A DNA stretch of 64,000 nucleotides, from assembly GCA_902762615.1 (NCBI GenBank), contig CACWOX010000002.1, positions 92,163 through 156,162 on the forward strand, read 5' to 3'. The DNA is from an uncultured Ruminococcus sp. (lineage in GTDB: Bacteria > Bacillota > Clostridia > Oscillospirales > Acutalibacteraceae). The translations under genes were made by a program, and so were the position numbers. The notes below the pieces were generated by a model. The model saw only the letters and a list, made by a program, of their open reading frames with translations. It was not told the DNA's origin and made no database searches. Of the stretch, positions 27,581 through 37,461 are shown in pieces (position 1 is the first letter of the stretch; the number at the start of each line of letters is the position of its first letter).

Positions 27581-28873
27581 TTGTATAAAGAATTGAAAGC
27601 AGGAATAGCGACACTTGGCTGCAAGGTCAATCAGTATGAATCGCAGGTAATGATGGACATGCTCTGCTCCCACGGATTTGAACAAGTCGCCGAAGGTCAG
27701 CAGGCGGATGTGTTCATCGTCAACAGCTGCACCGTCACCGCTACCGGAGACAAAAAGGTTCGCCAGACGGTACGTCGCGCAAGGCGTGAGAATCCCGAAG
27801 CGGTAATTATACTCACCGGCTGCATGCCGCAGGCATTCCCGCAGGAATGTGAGGCGATGGAAGAAGCCGATATCATCATAGGCAATTCCAACCGCAGCGG
27901 TCTGCTGGATTACATAGACAAATTCATGCACACTCATCAGCGCATTGTTGACATCAAGCCGCACGGCAAGGAATACGGCAGCGAGTCCTCGATAAGCGGC
28001 ATGAACGAGCGCACGAGAGCTTACATCAAGATAGAGGACGGCTGCAACCGCTTCTGCACCTACTGCATTATTCCCTACGCCCGGGGACGTGTGCGCAGCC
28101 GAGCAATTGAGGACATACGCACGGAATCGCAGCGCATAGGAAAAAAATACCGCGAGGTCGTGCTCGTGGGAATCAACCTTTCGGCATACGGCAGCGACAT
28201 CGGCAGTGGGTTACTGGAAGCGGTGAAGGCTGCCGCTTCCGCCGACGGCATCGAGCGTGTGCGGCTCGGCTCTCTGGAACCTGATCTGACTCCCGACGAG
28301 CTGATAGAGGGACTTGCCGAGGTGCCGGAATTCTGCCCGCAGTTCCATCTGGCCATTCAAAGCGGCTGCGACGCCACCTTGCGGCGCATGAACCGTCACT
28401 ACGACACCGCGCAGTTCCGCCATGTATGCGAAAAAATCCGCTCCACCTTTGACAATCCCTCCATAACGACCGACATCATGGTCGGATTCGCCGGAGAAAC
28501 CGATGAGGAATTTGCCCAGTCGGTCGCCTTTGCCAAGGAAATCGGATTTGCCCGGGCGCATGTATTTGCCTATTCCCGCCGCAAGGGGACACGCGCCGAC
28601 ACATTTCCCGATCAGGTGGACGAGCATAGCAAGAGCCTTCGCAGCGACGAAATGATCAAAGCAACCGCCCAGTCGGCTGCTGCTTTTCTTGATACACAGC
28701 TCGGCAGAAGGGTAAAAATCCTTGCGGAGCGCGAAGTCGAGCCGGGCGTATTCGAGGGCTACACGGAGAATTACACGCCTGCCCGCATTGGCGGCAACGA
28801 TCTTGGCGGCAGGATCATCGAGGCAACAGTGGAAAAGGTATGTAACGGGTTTGTTATGTGCAGGGCAATATGA
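27581..28873 (+). CDS. mtaB: tRNA (N6-threonylcarbamoyladenosine-37) methylthiotransferase MtaB
   Basis: MTTase N-domain IATLGCKVNQYES, radical SAM CNRFCTYCIIPYARG and a C-terminal TRAM-like domain. TTG start follows TGAGG. Confidence 0.85.
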   Translation: MYKELKAGIATLGCKVNQYESQVMMDMLCSHGFEQVAEGQQADVFIVNSCTVTATGDKKVRQTVRRARRENPEAVIILTGCMPQAFPQECEAMEEADIIIGNSNRSGLLDYIDKFMHTHQRIVDIKPHGKEYGSESSISGMNERTRAYIKIEDGCNRFCTYCIIPYARGRVRSRAIEDIRTESQRIGKKYREVVLVGINLSAYGSDIGSGLLEAVKAAASADGIERVRLGSLEPDLTPDELIEGLAEVPEFCPQFHLAIQSGCDATLRRMNRHYDTAQFRHVCEKIRSTFDNPSITTDIMVGFAGETDEEFAQSVAFAKEIGFARAHVFAYSRRKGTRADTFPDQVDEHSKSLRSDEMIKATAQSAAAFLDTQLGRRVKILAEREVEPGVFEGYTENYTPARIGGNDLGGRIIEATVEKVCNGFVMCRAI

Positions 28874-28934
28874 CGGTATTTTATCTCATTTTTTTACAGT
28901 TCTGACATTATTATAAAAAAATATCAAAAATCGG

Positions 28935-28963
28935 TTGTTATTTTGAATATCTTATGTTATAAT
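28935..28963 (+). promoter_or_regulatory. Sigma-A-type promoter for the PH-domain gene
   Basis: TTGTTA, 17-nt spacer, TGtTATAAT. Confidence 0.55.
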
Positions 28964-29047
28964 TAGTTAAATCAATGTGGTACATTGAATTCTCCGCAAA
29001 TATAAATGCGGCTGCTTAAAAAAACATTTTTTCAGGAGGTTATACAC

Positions 29048-29452
29048 ATGGCAAAGAAACAGGTTCAGCAGGATCCGGTACTTATCAAGGAGCGCAAGAG
29101 ACGTGCGTTTTTCGCTCTTCCCTGGTCATTCACCACATACTCCATCACTTCAAAGAAGCTCATCTACAAAAAGGGCTTTCTCAATTCCTATGAGGACGAA
29201 ATCCTTCTCTACAGAGTGCAGGACATCAGCGTAAAGCGCTCGCTCGGTCAGAAGCTCTTCGGTCTCGGTACCATCGAGGTACATTCCCAGGATAAGACCT
29301 GCCCCATGCTCGAAATCAAAAACATCAAGCATGTAAACGAATTCAGAAACATTCTTTCGGAAAACGTCGAGAAGGAAAAGACTCGCCGCGGCTTCCGCAG
29401 CACCGAAATTCTCGACAGCGACGGAGATTTCAGCGATCACTTCCAGGGCTGA
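29048..29452 (+). CDS. Bacterial PH domain (bPH_2 / YdbT-like) protein, soluble
   Basis: ITSKKLIYKKGFLNSYEDEILLYRVQDISVKRSLGQKLFGLGTIEV matches the bPH_2 pattern. ATG 29048 follows CAGGAGG. Confidence 0.7.
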   Translation: MAKKQVQQDPVLIKERKRRAFFALPWSFTTYSITSKKLIYKKGFLNSYEDEILLYRVQDISVKRSLGQKLFGLGTIEVHSQDKTCPMLEIKNIKHVNEFRNILSENVEKEKTRRGFRSTEILDSDGDFSDHFQG

Positions 29453-29484
29453 TCCGATACTGCTTATCATTACAATCATTTTTT

Positions 29485-29524
29485 ACTGCCGATATGTCCG
29501 AGCCGGATGTTTCGGCAGTTTTTC
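29485..29524 (+). terminator. Rho-independent terminator after the PH-domain gene
   Basis: Stem ACTGCCGA / TCGGCAGT with an inner TCCG/CGGA stem, followed by T5. Confidence 0.75.
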
Positions 29525-29618
29525 ATATAAAAAAATATAAAAATTTTTTATTTGCCTGTAACAAAACGCCATTGAAAAAGACTAATATGACAGAAAGGCA
29601 GAAAGGAAGTGAATACCG

Positions 29619-30122
29619 ATGGACTTTGAGGAAATATACGGCAGGTACAAGCAGGACGTTTTCAATTACTTATACAGCCTCACGGGTGCACACGACGTGG
29701 CGGAAGAGCTGCTTGCCGAGACATTCTTCAGAGCATTCATCGGACTGTATGCCTTTCGAGGGGAATCGGGCATCAAGACATGGCTCTTTTCCATCGCCCG
29801 ACATGTATTTTACCAGCATTTGAAAAAGAACAAGCAGGCAATTCCCACAGAGGACGAAACGCTCGCTTTGCTCTGTACGCAGTCGGGATTGATTCAGCCC
29901 GACTTCGGGGACGGTATCGCCCTTTCGGAGCTGGTAAATCAATTGCTCGGGCAGAAGGACGAGCGCAGCCGCAGGGCATTTTCACTGCGGCTGGAGGGAT
30001 ATTCATTCAGGGAGATAGGTGAAATGCTGGGTATTTCGGAAAATTCCGCGCGTGTGCTGGAGTACAGAACGCGCATTTATCTGCAAAAGGAACTGAGAAA
30101 GGAGGGCTACGGCAATGGCTGA
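29619..30122 (+). CDS. ECF-type RNA polymerase sigma factor (sigma-70 regions 2 and 4)
   Basis: 167 aa. Region 2 is DVAEELLAETFFRAF ... WLFSIARH. Region 4 is SFREIGEMLGISENSARVLEYRTR. Confidence 0.85.
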   Translation: MDFEEIYGRYKQDVFNYLYSLTGAHDVAEELLAETFFRAFIGLYAFRGESGIKTWLFSIARHVFYQHLKKNKQAIPTEDETLALLCTQSGLIQPDFGDGIALSELVNQLLGQKDERSRRAFSLRLEGYSFREIGEMLGISENSARVLEYRTRIYLQKELRKEGYGNG

Positions 30123-30675
30123 TATTATTGACAATACCGATGTTATCACTTGCGACGTCATAAGAGATTTAATGCCTCTCGCAGCCGACGGCGTGGCTTC
30201 GGAGGACAGCGTCAGGCTTCTGGAACGGCATATGGAGCATTGCGGCGATTGCAGGGAATTGTACGACGAGATGTGCAATTCAAAAGCCGCTCCGCCTATT
30301 GCCGCCTCAACCGACGACAAAAAGATCATAGCCTACATTCGCAAACGATATGTTTTATTGGTCGCACTTATCATGATGATCGGTGCGGTGGTCGGAGTAC
30401 TGTTCATCGACACGGAATTTATTTTGCAAAACATACTGCTCATGCCGCTGGTCGGCGCGTTATCGTACGTCGGCTTTAAATCCAAAGGCTGGATAATGGC
30501 AGGTGTGGTAATGCTTCTGAGCATGTTTCGAGGGGCGATATTTCTGCTTTCCACCGAGCCGGATATGGCAAGCGGCTCGGCGGAATTCGGATTCATCATG
30601 GCTCTTTTCGTTCTGATGGGATACGCCGCTGCGTGGCTGCTGGCATTTGCCTTTCGCAGGGAGAGGAAGAAATAA
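30115..30675 (+). CDS. Zinc-binding (ZAS, HxxxCxxC) anti-sigma factor with four TM helices
   Basis: Its start overlaps the sigma stop by 8 nt. HMEHCGDC motif is present, followed by four hydrophobic helices and no sizeable external domain. Confidence 0.75.
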   Translation: MADIIDNTDVITCDVIRDLMPLAADGVASEDSVRLLERHMEHCGDCRELYDEMCNSKAAPPIAASTDDKKIIAYIRKRYVLLVALIMMIGAVVGVLFIDTEFILQNILLMPLVGALSYVGFKSKGWIMAGVVMLLSMFRGAIFLLSTEPDMASGSAEFGFIMALFVLMGYAAAWLLAFAFRRERKK

Positions 30676-30698
30676 AAAAGAGAAAGAAGGAAAAATAT

Positions 30699-31559
30699 AT
30701 GGAAGCTGCAAACAAATCAAAAGCTCTGTGGAAAATTTTCGCGGTGGTCGGCGCGGTAATTATCATCGGTTTTATTTTTATGATCTACACTGCTTTCAAC
30801 GGCAATTTTATCACCGGAATGCGTTATAAGGCAAAGGTGGAGGAATACATCACCCGTACCTATCCCGACAAGAATTACCGTGTGTCCAATTATCACTATG
30901 ATTTTGTGATGGAGTATTATTATTTTGACATTATCGACCCGGACAGCGCTGACGGCAGCTTCAGAGCAAATTACAACTCTGACGGAGAAATCACGGATTC
31001 TTACGCAGACGTAATGAATCTGACCAATACGCTGGACAGATTGGACTGGGAATTCAGTCAGGAGGTCAATCCGGTGATCGAAAAGCACATTGACAAAAAG
31101 GATAAAATGATAAAGGGCGTTTTTGTTCCCGGTGAATTCGGCAGCGGCTCTTGCAAGGTGGACGACAGTTTCTTTGACACAAAATCGGATTATGACTATC
31201 TCAAGGACAAAATCTACATGGATATGCCCACAGATGCCAAACACATGCCGCTTCCGACAAGTGTGTATGTCTCTATGAACACCGACCGAAAAGAGTCATT
31301 CAGACGAATCAAAGAAATTGCAACGGAATTAAAAACGCTCGGCTACCGCATAGATTACTATGAATTCTCTACCAATGAGGAAACAGACTGGCACGAGCTT
31401 GCCTACGATATGATTCCCGCCGACAAGCTGTTTGCTGCCAAGAGCACGGACGATTTATCGGATTACATCAGGCGATATTACGACTCGCCTGAGCTTGCTC
31501 CTTCCACCACCCACGCAACGATGTCATCCAATGTGACAACCGCTGCGCCTAAAAAATGA
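30699..31559 (+). CDS. Membrane-anchored protein of unknown function, paralogue A (DUF3139-like N-terminal region)
   Basis: One N-terminal TM, then NGNFITGMRYKAKVEEYITRTYPDKNYRVSNYHYDF ... ELKTLGYRIDYYEFSTN. ATG 30699 follows GAAGGA. Confidence 0.7.
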   Translation: MEAANKSKALWKIFAVVGAVIIIGFIFMIYTAFNGNFITGMRYKAKVEEYITRTYPDKNYRVSNYHYDFVMEYYYFDIIDPDSADGSFRANYNSDGEITDSYADVMNLTNTLDRLDWEFSQEVNPVIEKHIDKKDKMIKGVFVPGEFGSGSCKVDDSFFDTKSDYDYLKDKIYMDMPTDAKHMPLPTSVYVSMNTDRKESFRRIKEIATELKTLGYRIDYYEFSTNEETDWHELAYDMIPADKLFAAKSTDDLSDYIRRYYDSPELAPSTTHATMSSNVTTAAPKK

Positions 31560-31581
31560 ATGAGGAAGGGAAGTTATTCAA

Positions 31582-32430
31582 ATGAAAGCAAAAAGCAAAT
31601 CAAAAATTATCCGGAAAATCCTCGCCGGCGTTGCGGGGCTGTTTATCATCGGATCTATTTTAATGTTCTACAACGCGTTCAACGGCAATTTTATCACCGG
31701 CATGTATTACAAGTCGAAGGTTGACAAATACATTGCCGAAACATACCCCGACAAAAATTATGAGGTATCCAGCTACAGCTATGAATTTAAAACGGGAGAA
31801 TATTATTTTGCGGTCATTGATCCGGACAGCGAGGACGGCTGCTTTAAAGCGTATTACATCAATTACGGGAAAACGGTCGTCGATACCTACAATGACGATG
31901 TACTGCATCTCAACAACACACTTATGCGTCTTGAAAAAGAGCTGCGCAAGGAGTTAGACCCCCTGATCGACAGTCACCTTGACACCAAAGAGAAAAACGT
32001 GGACGGCGAATATGTCGGCGGCGAATTCGGATACGCCACCTGTATGATCGGGGACTGCGATTATGATTATTTGAAAGACAAGCTCTATCTTGACATGCAG
32101 GTTGACGTAAAAAATATGCCGCTTCCGACGGAGATTTGCGTTGTTCTCAGGAGCGACGGAAATTCGTCTTTTAGACGGGTAAAGGAAATGGCAATCGAGC
32201 TTAAAACACTGGGCTACCGCATAGATTACTACGATTTCAGCACCAATGACAAGCCGTATGAGATGATCCCTGTCGGAAGGCTTCTTGACGCTCAGAGCAT
32301 CGACGATCTGGAGGAATTCGTTATGCCGTATTATGACGTGCCAATAGAAGATTATCCCGAGAATGAGCCGACTACCACACATCCGACATTTTCCACCGAC
32401 GCAACAGCCCCGGAGGAGCACGAGAATTAA
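31582..32430 (+). CDS. Membrane-anchored protein of unknown function, paralogue B
   Basis: Collinear with paralogue A: NGNFITGMYYKSKVDKYIAETYPDKNYEVSSYSYEF ... ELKTLGYRIDYYDFSTN. SD is GAGGAAGGGAAG. Confidence 0.7.
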   Translation: MKAKSKSKIIRKILAGVAGLFIIGSILMFYNAFNGNFITGMYYKSKVDKYIAETYPDKNYEVSSYSYEFKTGEYYFAVIDPDSEDGCFKAYYINYGKTVVDTYNDDVLHLNNTLMRLEKELRKELDPLIDSHLDTKEKNVDGEYVGGEFGYATCMIGDCDYDYLKDKLYLDMQVDVKNMPLPTEICVVLRSDGNSSFRRVKEMAIELKTLGYRIDYYDFSTNDKPYEMIPVGRLLDAQSIDDLEEFVMPYYDVPIEDYPENEPTTTHPTFSTDATAPEEHEN

Positions 32431-32443
32431 TTCAACCTAAATA

Positions 32444-32489
32444 AAACGAGCCTGTTTCAACGTGAAGGACGATTGAACCAGGCTCGTTT
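32444..32489. terminator. Bidirectional terminator between paralogue B and spoIIIAH
   Basis: 11-bp stem AAACGAGCCTG / CAGGCTCGTTT with a structured loop. Confidence 0.75.
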
Positions 32490-32498
32490 GTATGTTGG

Positions 32499-33041
32499 CT
32501 ATTTGACAGGCGTCACAATGATATTGGATATATCAGCGCCGGTCTGAGATGTGATTATCTCGGTGACTACAGACACCTTTTCCGCCGTCAGACCGTCGGC
32601 TTCGGGCAGCAGCACTGACACCTTTTCCCCGTTGATCAGCACCAGACAATCGCTGAAGCCCTTTGCCTTGATGAGCGTTTCGGCGGTGTTTTCGAGCTGA
32701 ATGGTCTTGACGTGCTGCGTGCGTGCTTCGAGCGCCTGCGCTCTTGCCGCCGAATCAGCCGATGTATCCTTCAGCTGCTTTTCCAGTTCGTCGAGCACCT
32801 TGTCCCTGGCGGTCTGGCGATTCAGACGGCTCTCGGCAAGCACGCCGCCCTGCTTCGCTGCGGTATTGGTATTGACCTCCGCCGATACAAATTCCGCCTT
32901 GCCCAAATCCGTGCGCGATACATTGGACCGCGTGGGAGCGATAAAGCTCTCGGTCGGCGCAAACTGCCAGTTCAGATAGACGGCTGTGCCCAATGCAAGC
33001 ACCAGTCCGGCAAGTATAATATGTCTTTTTCCGTTTTTCAT
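32499..33041 (-). CDS. spoIIIAH: Stage III sporulation protein AH
   Basis: Last gene of the spoIIIA operon. It has an N-terminal TM and a C-terminal YscJ/FliF-like region (GFSDCLVLINGEKVSVLL). ATG 33041 follows GGAGGA. Confidence 0.75.
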   Translation of the reverse strand: MKNGKRHIILAGLVLALGTAVYLNWQFAPTESFIAPTRSNVSRTDLGKAEFVSAEVNTNTAAKQGGVLAESRLNRQTARDKVLDELEKQLKDTSADSAARAQALEARTQHVKTIQLENTAETLIKAKGFSDCLVLINGEKVSVLLPEADGLTAEKVSVVTEIITSQTGADISNIIVTPVK

Positions 33042-33066
33042 AGTCGTTTCCTCCGTATTTAAATAA

Positions 33067-33675
33067 TTACCCCATTCGGGTGACACATACCCTGTTGGAG
33101 CTTGTACCCAGAGCTGTGGTCACCACATTAATAATCTGCTGGCGGACGTTTATATCGTCCGCACCACTGCAAAGCACCACTACGCCGGCAACCGTCGGCG
33201 TGATCTCCTTGAGAATCAGAGGTTCCTCTCCCCTGCCCGCGTCAATCAGGATAAGGCTCTCCTCACCGCTGCGCTTTTCATCGCGGCTCACCCTGCCGTC
33301 GGGATTGGAATTTTCCGAGACCGCCGATGTGGATTTCTGCTGACTGGCATAGACATATTCCGTGCCGCATTCCAGCGTGACCATGACCTTGGTACTCCCC
33401 GCTCCGTCCACCGATGAGATGAGCTCAGTCAGACGGTTTTCAAGACGGGCGGTGTATTCCTCATAGTCTGTTTGCGCGGCAGAATAGATTGCCGGCTCTG
33501 CCGACGCTTTTTGCGCGTCGTTGCCCACATAGTCCGAGATGAAAAGCAGCGCGATGGCGGCAAATCCCACCGCAAGCAGCAGCTTCATCCTCAGCTCGGA
33601 CTTTTCGGGAGAAAAGAGCAGTTTCCCCAGCCTTCCGTTTTGAAGCGATTTTTTAATGCTGTCCAGAACATTCAC
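33067..33675 (-). CDS. spoIIIAG: Stage III sporulation protein AG
   Basis: N-terminal TM, KVMVTLECGTEYVYA, and C-terminal PTVAGVVVLCSGADD ... SNRVCV. GTG start. Confidence 0.8.
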   Translation of the reverse strand: MNVLDSIKKSLQNGRLGKLLFSPEKSELRMKLLLAVGFAAIALLFISDYVGNDAQKASAEPAIYSAAQTDYEEYTARLENRLTELISSVDGAGSTKVMVTLECGTEYVYASQQKSTSAVSENSNPDGRVSRDEKRSGEESLILIDAGRGEEPLILKEITPTVAGVVVLCSGADDINVRQQIINVVTTALGTSSNRVCVTRMG

Positions 33676-33681
33676 TTCCTT

Positions 33682-34161
33682 TCATTGCGCCTCCCTTACA
33701 ACCGGCTCAAAACCGATGTAATCGCGCAGCAGCTCCTTTATTCGATCCGACTTGTCTACGTCCTCATTTTTTACGATCACCTCCACCTGTCCAATAGATA
33801 TGCAGCCGTCCTCCGAATTATCCATAGTTGCTTCCACTCTCAGATAAGAAATATTTGAGCCGTCCAGCACCCTGCGCAGATTCTGCTCGAGGTAGGAGGA
33901 ATATATGCTTTTGGCGTTGCTTTCCACCTCGGCTTCCAGCACGGGATTTTCATATTGCTCCGCCTCAAAGGAATAATTCTTTACATCAAGCGCAAAATCC
34001 CTTGCCGCCGTGAAAGGCTTCAGCAGCACGCACAGCATCATCAGGGATACTATCATTCCGAGCAGCCTTTTGCTGCTGCCGTCGGGAAATACCATCGACA
34101 GCATTGCTCCCAGCACACAGGCGCAGCAGACCGCTGACGCCCATTCTCTGATATTGTCCAA
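33682..34161 (-). CDS. spoIIIAF: Stage III sporulation protein AF
   Basis: Two N-terminal TM helices and the expected operon position. TTG 34161 lies 6 nt after GGAAGGAGGGG. The longer ORF-track model would overlap spoIIIAE. Confidence 0.7.
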   Translation of the reverse strand: MDNIREWASAVCCACVLGAMLSMVFPDGSSKRLLGMIVSLMMLCVLLKPFTAARDFALDVKNYSFEAEQYENPVLEAEVESNAKSIYSSYLEQNLRRVLDGSNISYLRVEATMDNSEDGCISIGQVEVIVKNEDVDKSDRIKELLRDYIGFEPVVREAQ

Positions 34162-34181
34162 ATAATTCCCCTCCTTCCATT

Positions 34182-35336
34182 TCAAGCGGAACGCTGCATA
34201 ATCACGATAATTCCGCCGAGAGTCAGCAGAAACAGCGAAAATACCAGCACTGCCAGAAGCAGCGACAGCGTCGAGGCAAGAGATTTCATCAGCTTTTGCA
34301 GATCGCTCAGCTTCATCGTGTCGCACACCGACTCCCCTATTCCCACCACAAAGCTCCACAGTATCGTGCGGATGATCACTGGCAGAAATATATACGCCGT
34401 TGCAATGATGCCAAAGGCTCCCACCGAATTGCGCAGCAGCAGCATTCCGCTCTTTATGGAAAGATAGGCGTCGCTGACCGCTCCGCCCACTACAGGCACC
34501 GACCCGGATATGACAAATTTAGCCGCACGCGCTCCCACGCTGTCTGCCGATGCGGAGATAATACCGCTTATGCTCAGCACCGTTGAGATAATTACCGCCA
34601 AAAAGCCAAGCAGCCATTTGGCGTATTTCTCAAAGAAGCGTATCACCGCATCGATTCTGACACTTTCAGAGATTGCCGAAACGCATGACAGCGCCAAGAA
34701 TATACGCAGCAGCGGAATCACTTCTTGATTGACGCAAATCGAAGCGGCATTGATCGCTCCGGTCAGGAATGCACTGTATCCCGCAGCAGAGGCAGTTTGT
34801 CCGTTTGCGATCAGTATTCCGGCAAACGTTGCGCCGAAGGCTTCCGTGAAACGACAGGCAATTTCCGCTGCTTCTCCGGCGGAATCCACCAGCGACAGCA
34901 CGGGCGTGACAAGCGTGATTCCCGCGGCAAGCGAGGTAACGGCATTCAACGATGGCGACAAGGGCGAGTCCACGGCATTCTCCCCGCCCTTGCAGACCGA
35001 AGCAAAAAGCAGCAGTGCCATGACAATGCCTAGCACTGCAAGAGGCGCTTTCATCTCATCACCTGTCACTGAAATCACCGAATTGATCACATCGGCTGGA
35101 TTGAGATCCGTGACGGACGAGATGTCCCCCGTGTCAAGTCCGGCTGCGTTAAGCTCATCCGCAACCGAATCGGGCAGCTCGTCAAAGGAGCCTTCCACAC
35201 CGCTGGCTTCGTATTGGGACTGAAGGTCAAATTCCTCCGAGGCAAAAACAGTGATACCGCCCACCGACAATGCCAAAGACAGAATAACAAATACCGCAGC
35301 GGCTTTCTTAGTCAGCATATTTCTAATACATCTCAT
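34182..35336 (-). CDS. spoIIIAE: Stage III sporulation protein AE
   Basis: 384 aa and polytopic, with a signal-like N-terminus. Its start forms an ATGA overlap with the spoIIIAD stop. Confidence 0.85.
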   Translation of the reverse strand: MRCIRNMLTKKAAAVFVILSLALSVGGITVFASEEFDLQSQYEASGVEGSFDELPDSVADELNAAGLDTGDISSVTDLNPADVINSVISVTGDEMKAPLAVLGIVMALLLFASVCKGGENAVDSPLSPSLNAVTSLAAGITLVTPVLSLVDSAGEAAEIACRFTEAFGATFAGILIANGQTASAAGYSAFLTGAINAASICVNQEVIPLLRIFLALSCVSAISESVRIDAVIRFFEKYAKWLLGFLAVIISTVLSISGIISASADSVGARAAKFVISGSVPVVGGAVSDAYLSIKSGMLLLRNSVGAFGIIATAYIFLPVIIRTILWSFVVGIGESVCDTMKLSDLQKLMKSLASTLSLLLAVLVFSLFLLTLGGIIVIMQRSA

Positions 35337-35722
35337 TTTCCTATAATTTCCATTGCAAGGTCAAGCAGCCGTCTGAACAGCGGGAGCGCCACAACGAGCA
35401 GCGCCAGACGACCGCCAAGCTCCAGCTTTCCGGCAAGCGCGGTTTGTCCTGCATCGCGGCATACATCGGCACCGGTCTGCACGGCGACGCATATGCCGAA
35501 TGATTTCAGAGCGACGGCAAGCAGCTCGGCATCCACACCGCCTGCTGACGCGATGGACGTTATCTCTCTTATAATCGGCGCGGCGCTGGTCAGCAAAAAC
35601 ATCGTCAGTCCGATTCCGCAGGCGATTGTCAGCAGAAGCGACAGCTCCGGCTTGAGCTGTCCGACGGTGAGGATCAATACGCACATCACAAGCGCGGAAC
35701 CGACAAATGCAAAAATATTCAT
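35333..35722 (-). CDS. spoIIIAD: Stage III sporulation protein AD
   Basis: 129-aa membrane protein. Its start forms an ATGA overlap with the spoIIIAC stop. Confidence 0.85.
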   Translation of the reverse strand: MNIFAFVGSALVMCVLILTVGQLKPELSLLLTIACGIGLTMFLLTSAAPIIREITSIASAGGVDAELLAVALKSFGICVAVQTGADVCRDAGQTALAGKLELGGRLALLVVALPLFRRLLDLAMEIIGK

Positions 35723-35916
35723 AGTCCGAATGTTGTCTTGACCGTCTCAAATAATGTGCTAATGCGAGTAATCATCATCATTAACACAACGATAATTCCC
35801 GCAAGGGTGGTCATCATAGCCTGTTCCTCCCTGCCTGCCCGTATAAGCACCTGATTGAGCACCGCAACAATTATGCCGATCGCCGCAATTTTAAATATAA
35901 AATCAACGTCTGTCAT
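35719..35916 (-). CDS. spoIIIAC: Stage III sporulation protein AC
   Basis: 65 aa with two TM helices; FKIAAIGIIVAVLNQVL is typical. Confidence 0.85.
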   Translation of the reverse strand: MTDVDFIFKIAAIGIIVAVLNQVLIRAGREEQAMMTTLAGIIVVLMMMITRISTLFETVKTTFGL

Positions 35917-35968
35917 TTCGCATATGTCCTTTCAAATTATTCAGTTTAAAAAACAGAAATATCACTTG

Positions 35969-36475
35969 CTAAAGCAGCAGCAAAGCAACAGCTATTCCGC
36001 AGGATATACCAAGTACGGCATATATTTTTCCGTCAGTCTCGCATTTGTCCTTTGCGGAATCTATGACTGAGGACAGCTGCTCGTCCGCCAAATTCAAAGA
36101 TGATACTGCGCTATCGAGATCCAATCCTCCCATCCTATTGGCTATGGAGACAAGCAACGCAACATCGTCATTGTACAGAGAAAGAGAATTTTGCATTTCA
36201 TCAAGGGTATTGGAAAAGGCGGCAGGAAAGTCCGAATGTTGTAATTTTTCTCTTAAATTCGAGTTAAATTTGTCTGCATTGCCACCCTTGTCAATTTCAT
36301 AAGCAATAGCGCAAAGGCTCATTCCGAAATGGGAAATATATGTCCTGACAGTCCTGAAATAACCCCTGAACATTTCAAGGCTGCGAAGTCTGACGTAAAG
36401 TCTGCGTCTCAATTCGAGACCGAAAAAACACCCGCATGAAACTATTATCGCGCACCAGAAAAGCCTAAATCCCAT
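35969..36475 (-). CDS. spoIIIAB: Stage III sporulation protein AB
   Basis: Expected operon position, with N- and C-terminal TM helices. The ATG at 36475 (MGFRLFW...) is preferred. Confidence 0.75.
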   Translation of the reverse strand: MGFRLFWCAIIVSCGCFFGLELRRRLYVRLRSLEMFRGYFRTVRTYISHFGMSLCAIAYEIDKGGNADKFNSNLREKLQHSDFPAAFSNTLDEMQNSLSLYNDDVALLVSIANRMGGLDLDSAVSSLNLADEQLSSVIDSAKDKCETDGKIYAVLGISCGIAVALLLL

Positions 36476-37382
36476 TTTCGGCAACCTCAATGATGCTGTC
36501 CGCTTCACACCTTGCACTGCCCGGCTTTAAAAGCACGATCTTTTCAAAAACGCCCGATTTCAGGAGTTTTCTTATAGATGCTCTTCTGTAAAGCTCATCA
36601 ACATTACACGCATGTGCGGAGGAAATTATCACAACTCCACTGTTTATTACATCGCAGACGGCGTCCGCATCCTCCCTGTCGCCTATCTCGTCACAAATAA
36701 TAATATCAGGGGAGAGCGTCCTCACTGCATTGATAATTCCCTCCGCCTTCGGATAGCCGCTTAGCACGTCGCAGAATTCTCCGACGGCATTGCAGGGAAC
36801 TCCCCTGTACATTGCGGCAAGCTCGTCACGCTCGTCCACAAGCACGGTCTTCTTATAATACGGTGCTGACGAGAGTTTCAAAGCGAAATCTTTTAGCAAG
36901 GTTGTCTTTCCGCTGCAAGGTGGTCCAGCTACAAGCACCCCGGAAATTCTTCCTTTAAATACTCTTTCAAAAATGCCGTCTGAACACCCAATATGCTCAC
37001 CGGCAATCCGTATATTGAGAGAAGAAATATATTTAACAGTACGGCATCCGGACTTATCTTTACAGGCTGTACCGCAGATTCCTACTCTGTGTCCTCCCGG
37101 CAGTGTGATAAATCCCTGTGAAATCTCATTTTGATGGCTGTAAACAGAATAATCACAAAGCTTTTCAAGGCAAGCATTTATATCTTCGGCAGTAATAAGC
37201 CTGTCTTTATTAATGAGAATGTGTCGGTCTGTCAGCATTGCAACGGCAGGTCTGCCTACCCTAAGTCGGATTTCATTGACCTGATTTCCAAATTCATTAA
37301 GCAGATTCCGAGCCTGCAAAGTCAGATCATCCGGAAGATATCTGGTAATAGAATCAATATCTTTTTTGTTTGACATATTCAT
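36465..37382 (-). CDS. spoIIIAA: Stage III sporulation protein AA (secretion-type ATPase)
   Basis: Walker A GPPCSGKTT and Walker B IIICDEIG. ATG 37382 follows GAGGAGGAAG. Confidence 0.85.
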   Translation of the reverse strand: MNMSNKKDIDSITRYLPDDLTLQARNLLNEFGNQVNEIRLRVGRPAVAMLTDRHILINKDRLITAEDINACLEKLCDYSVYSHQNEISQGFITLPGGHRVGICGTACKDKSGCRTVKYISSLNIRIAGEHIGCSDGIFERVFKGRISGVLVAGPPCSGKTTLLKDFALKLSSAPYYKKTVLVDERDELAAMYRGVPCNAVGEFCDVLSGYPKAEGIINAVRTLSPDIIICDEIGDREDADAVCDVINSGVVIISSAHACNVDELYRRASIRKLLKSGVFEKIVLLKPGSARCEADSIIEVAENGI

Positions 37383-37461
37383 TTGATACTTCCTCCTCAT
37401 GCTGAATGTATATTCAAAGGAAAAGAAATTCATTACCAATAAAAGAAAAAAGTGTGATTCG

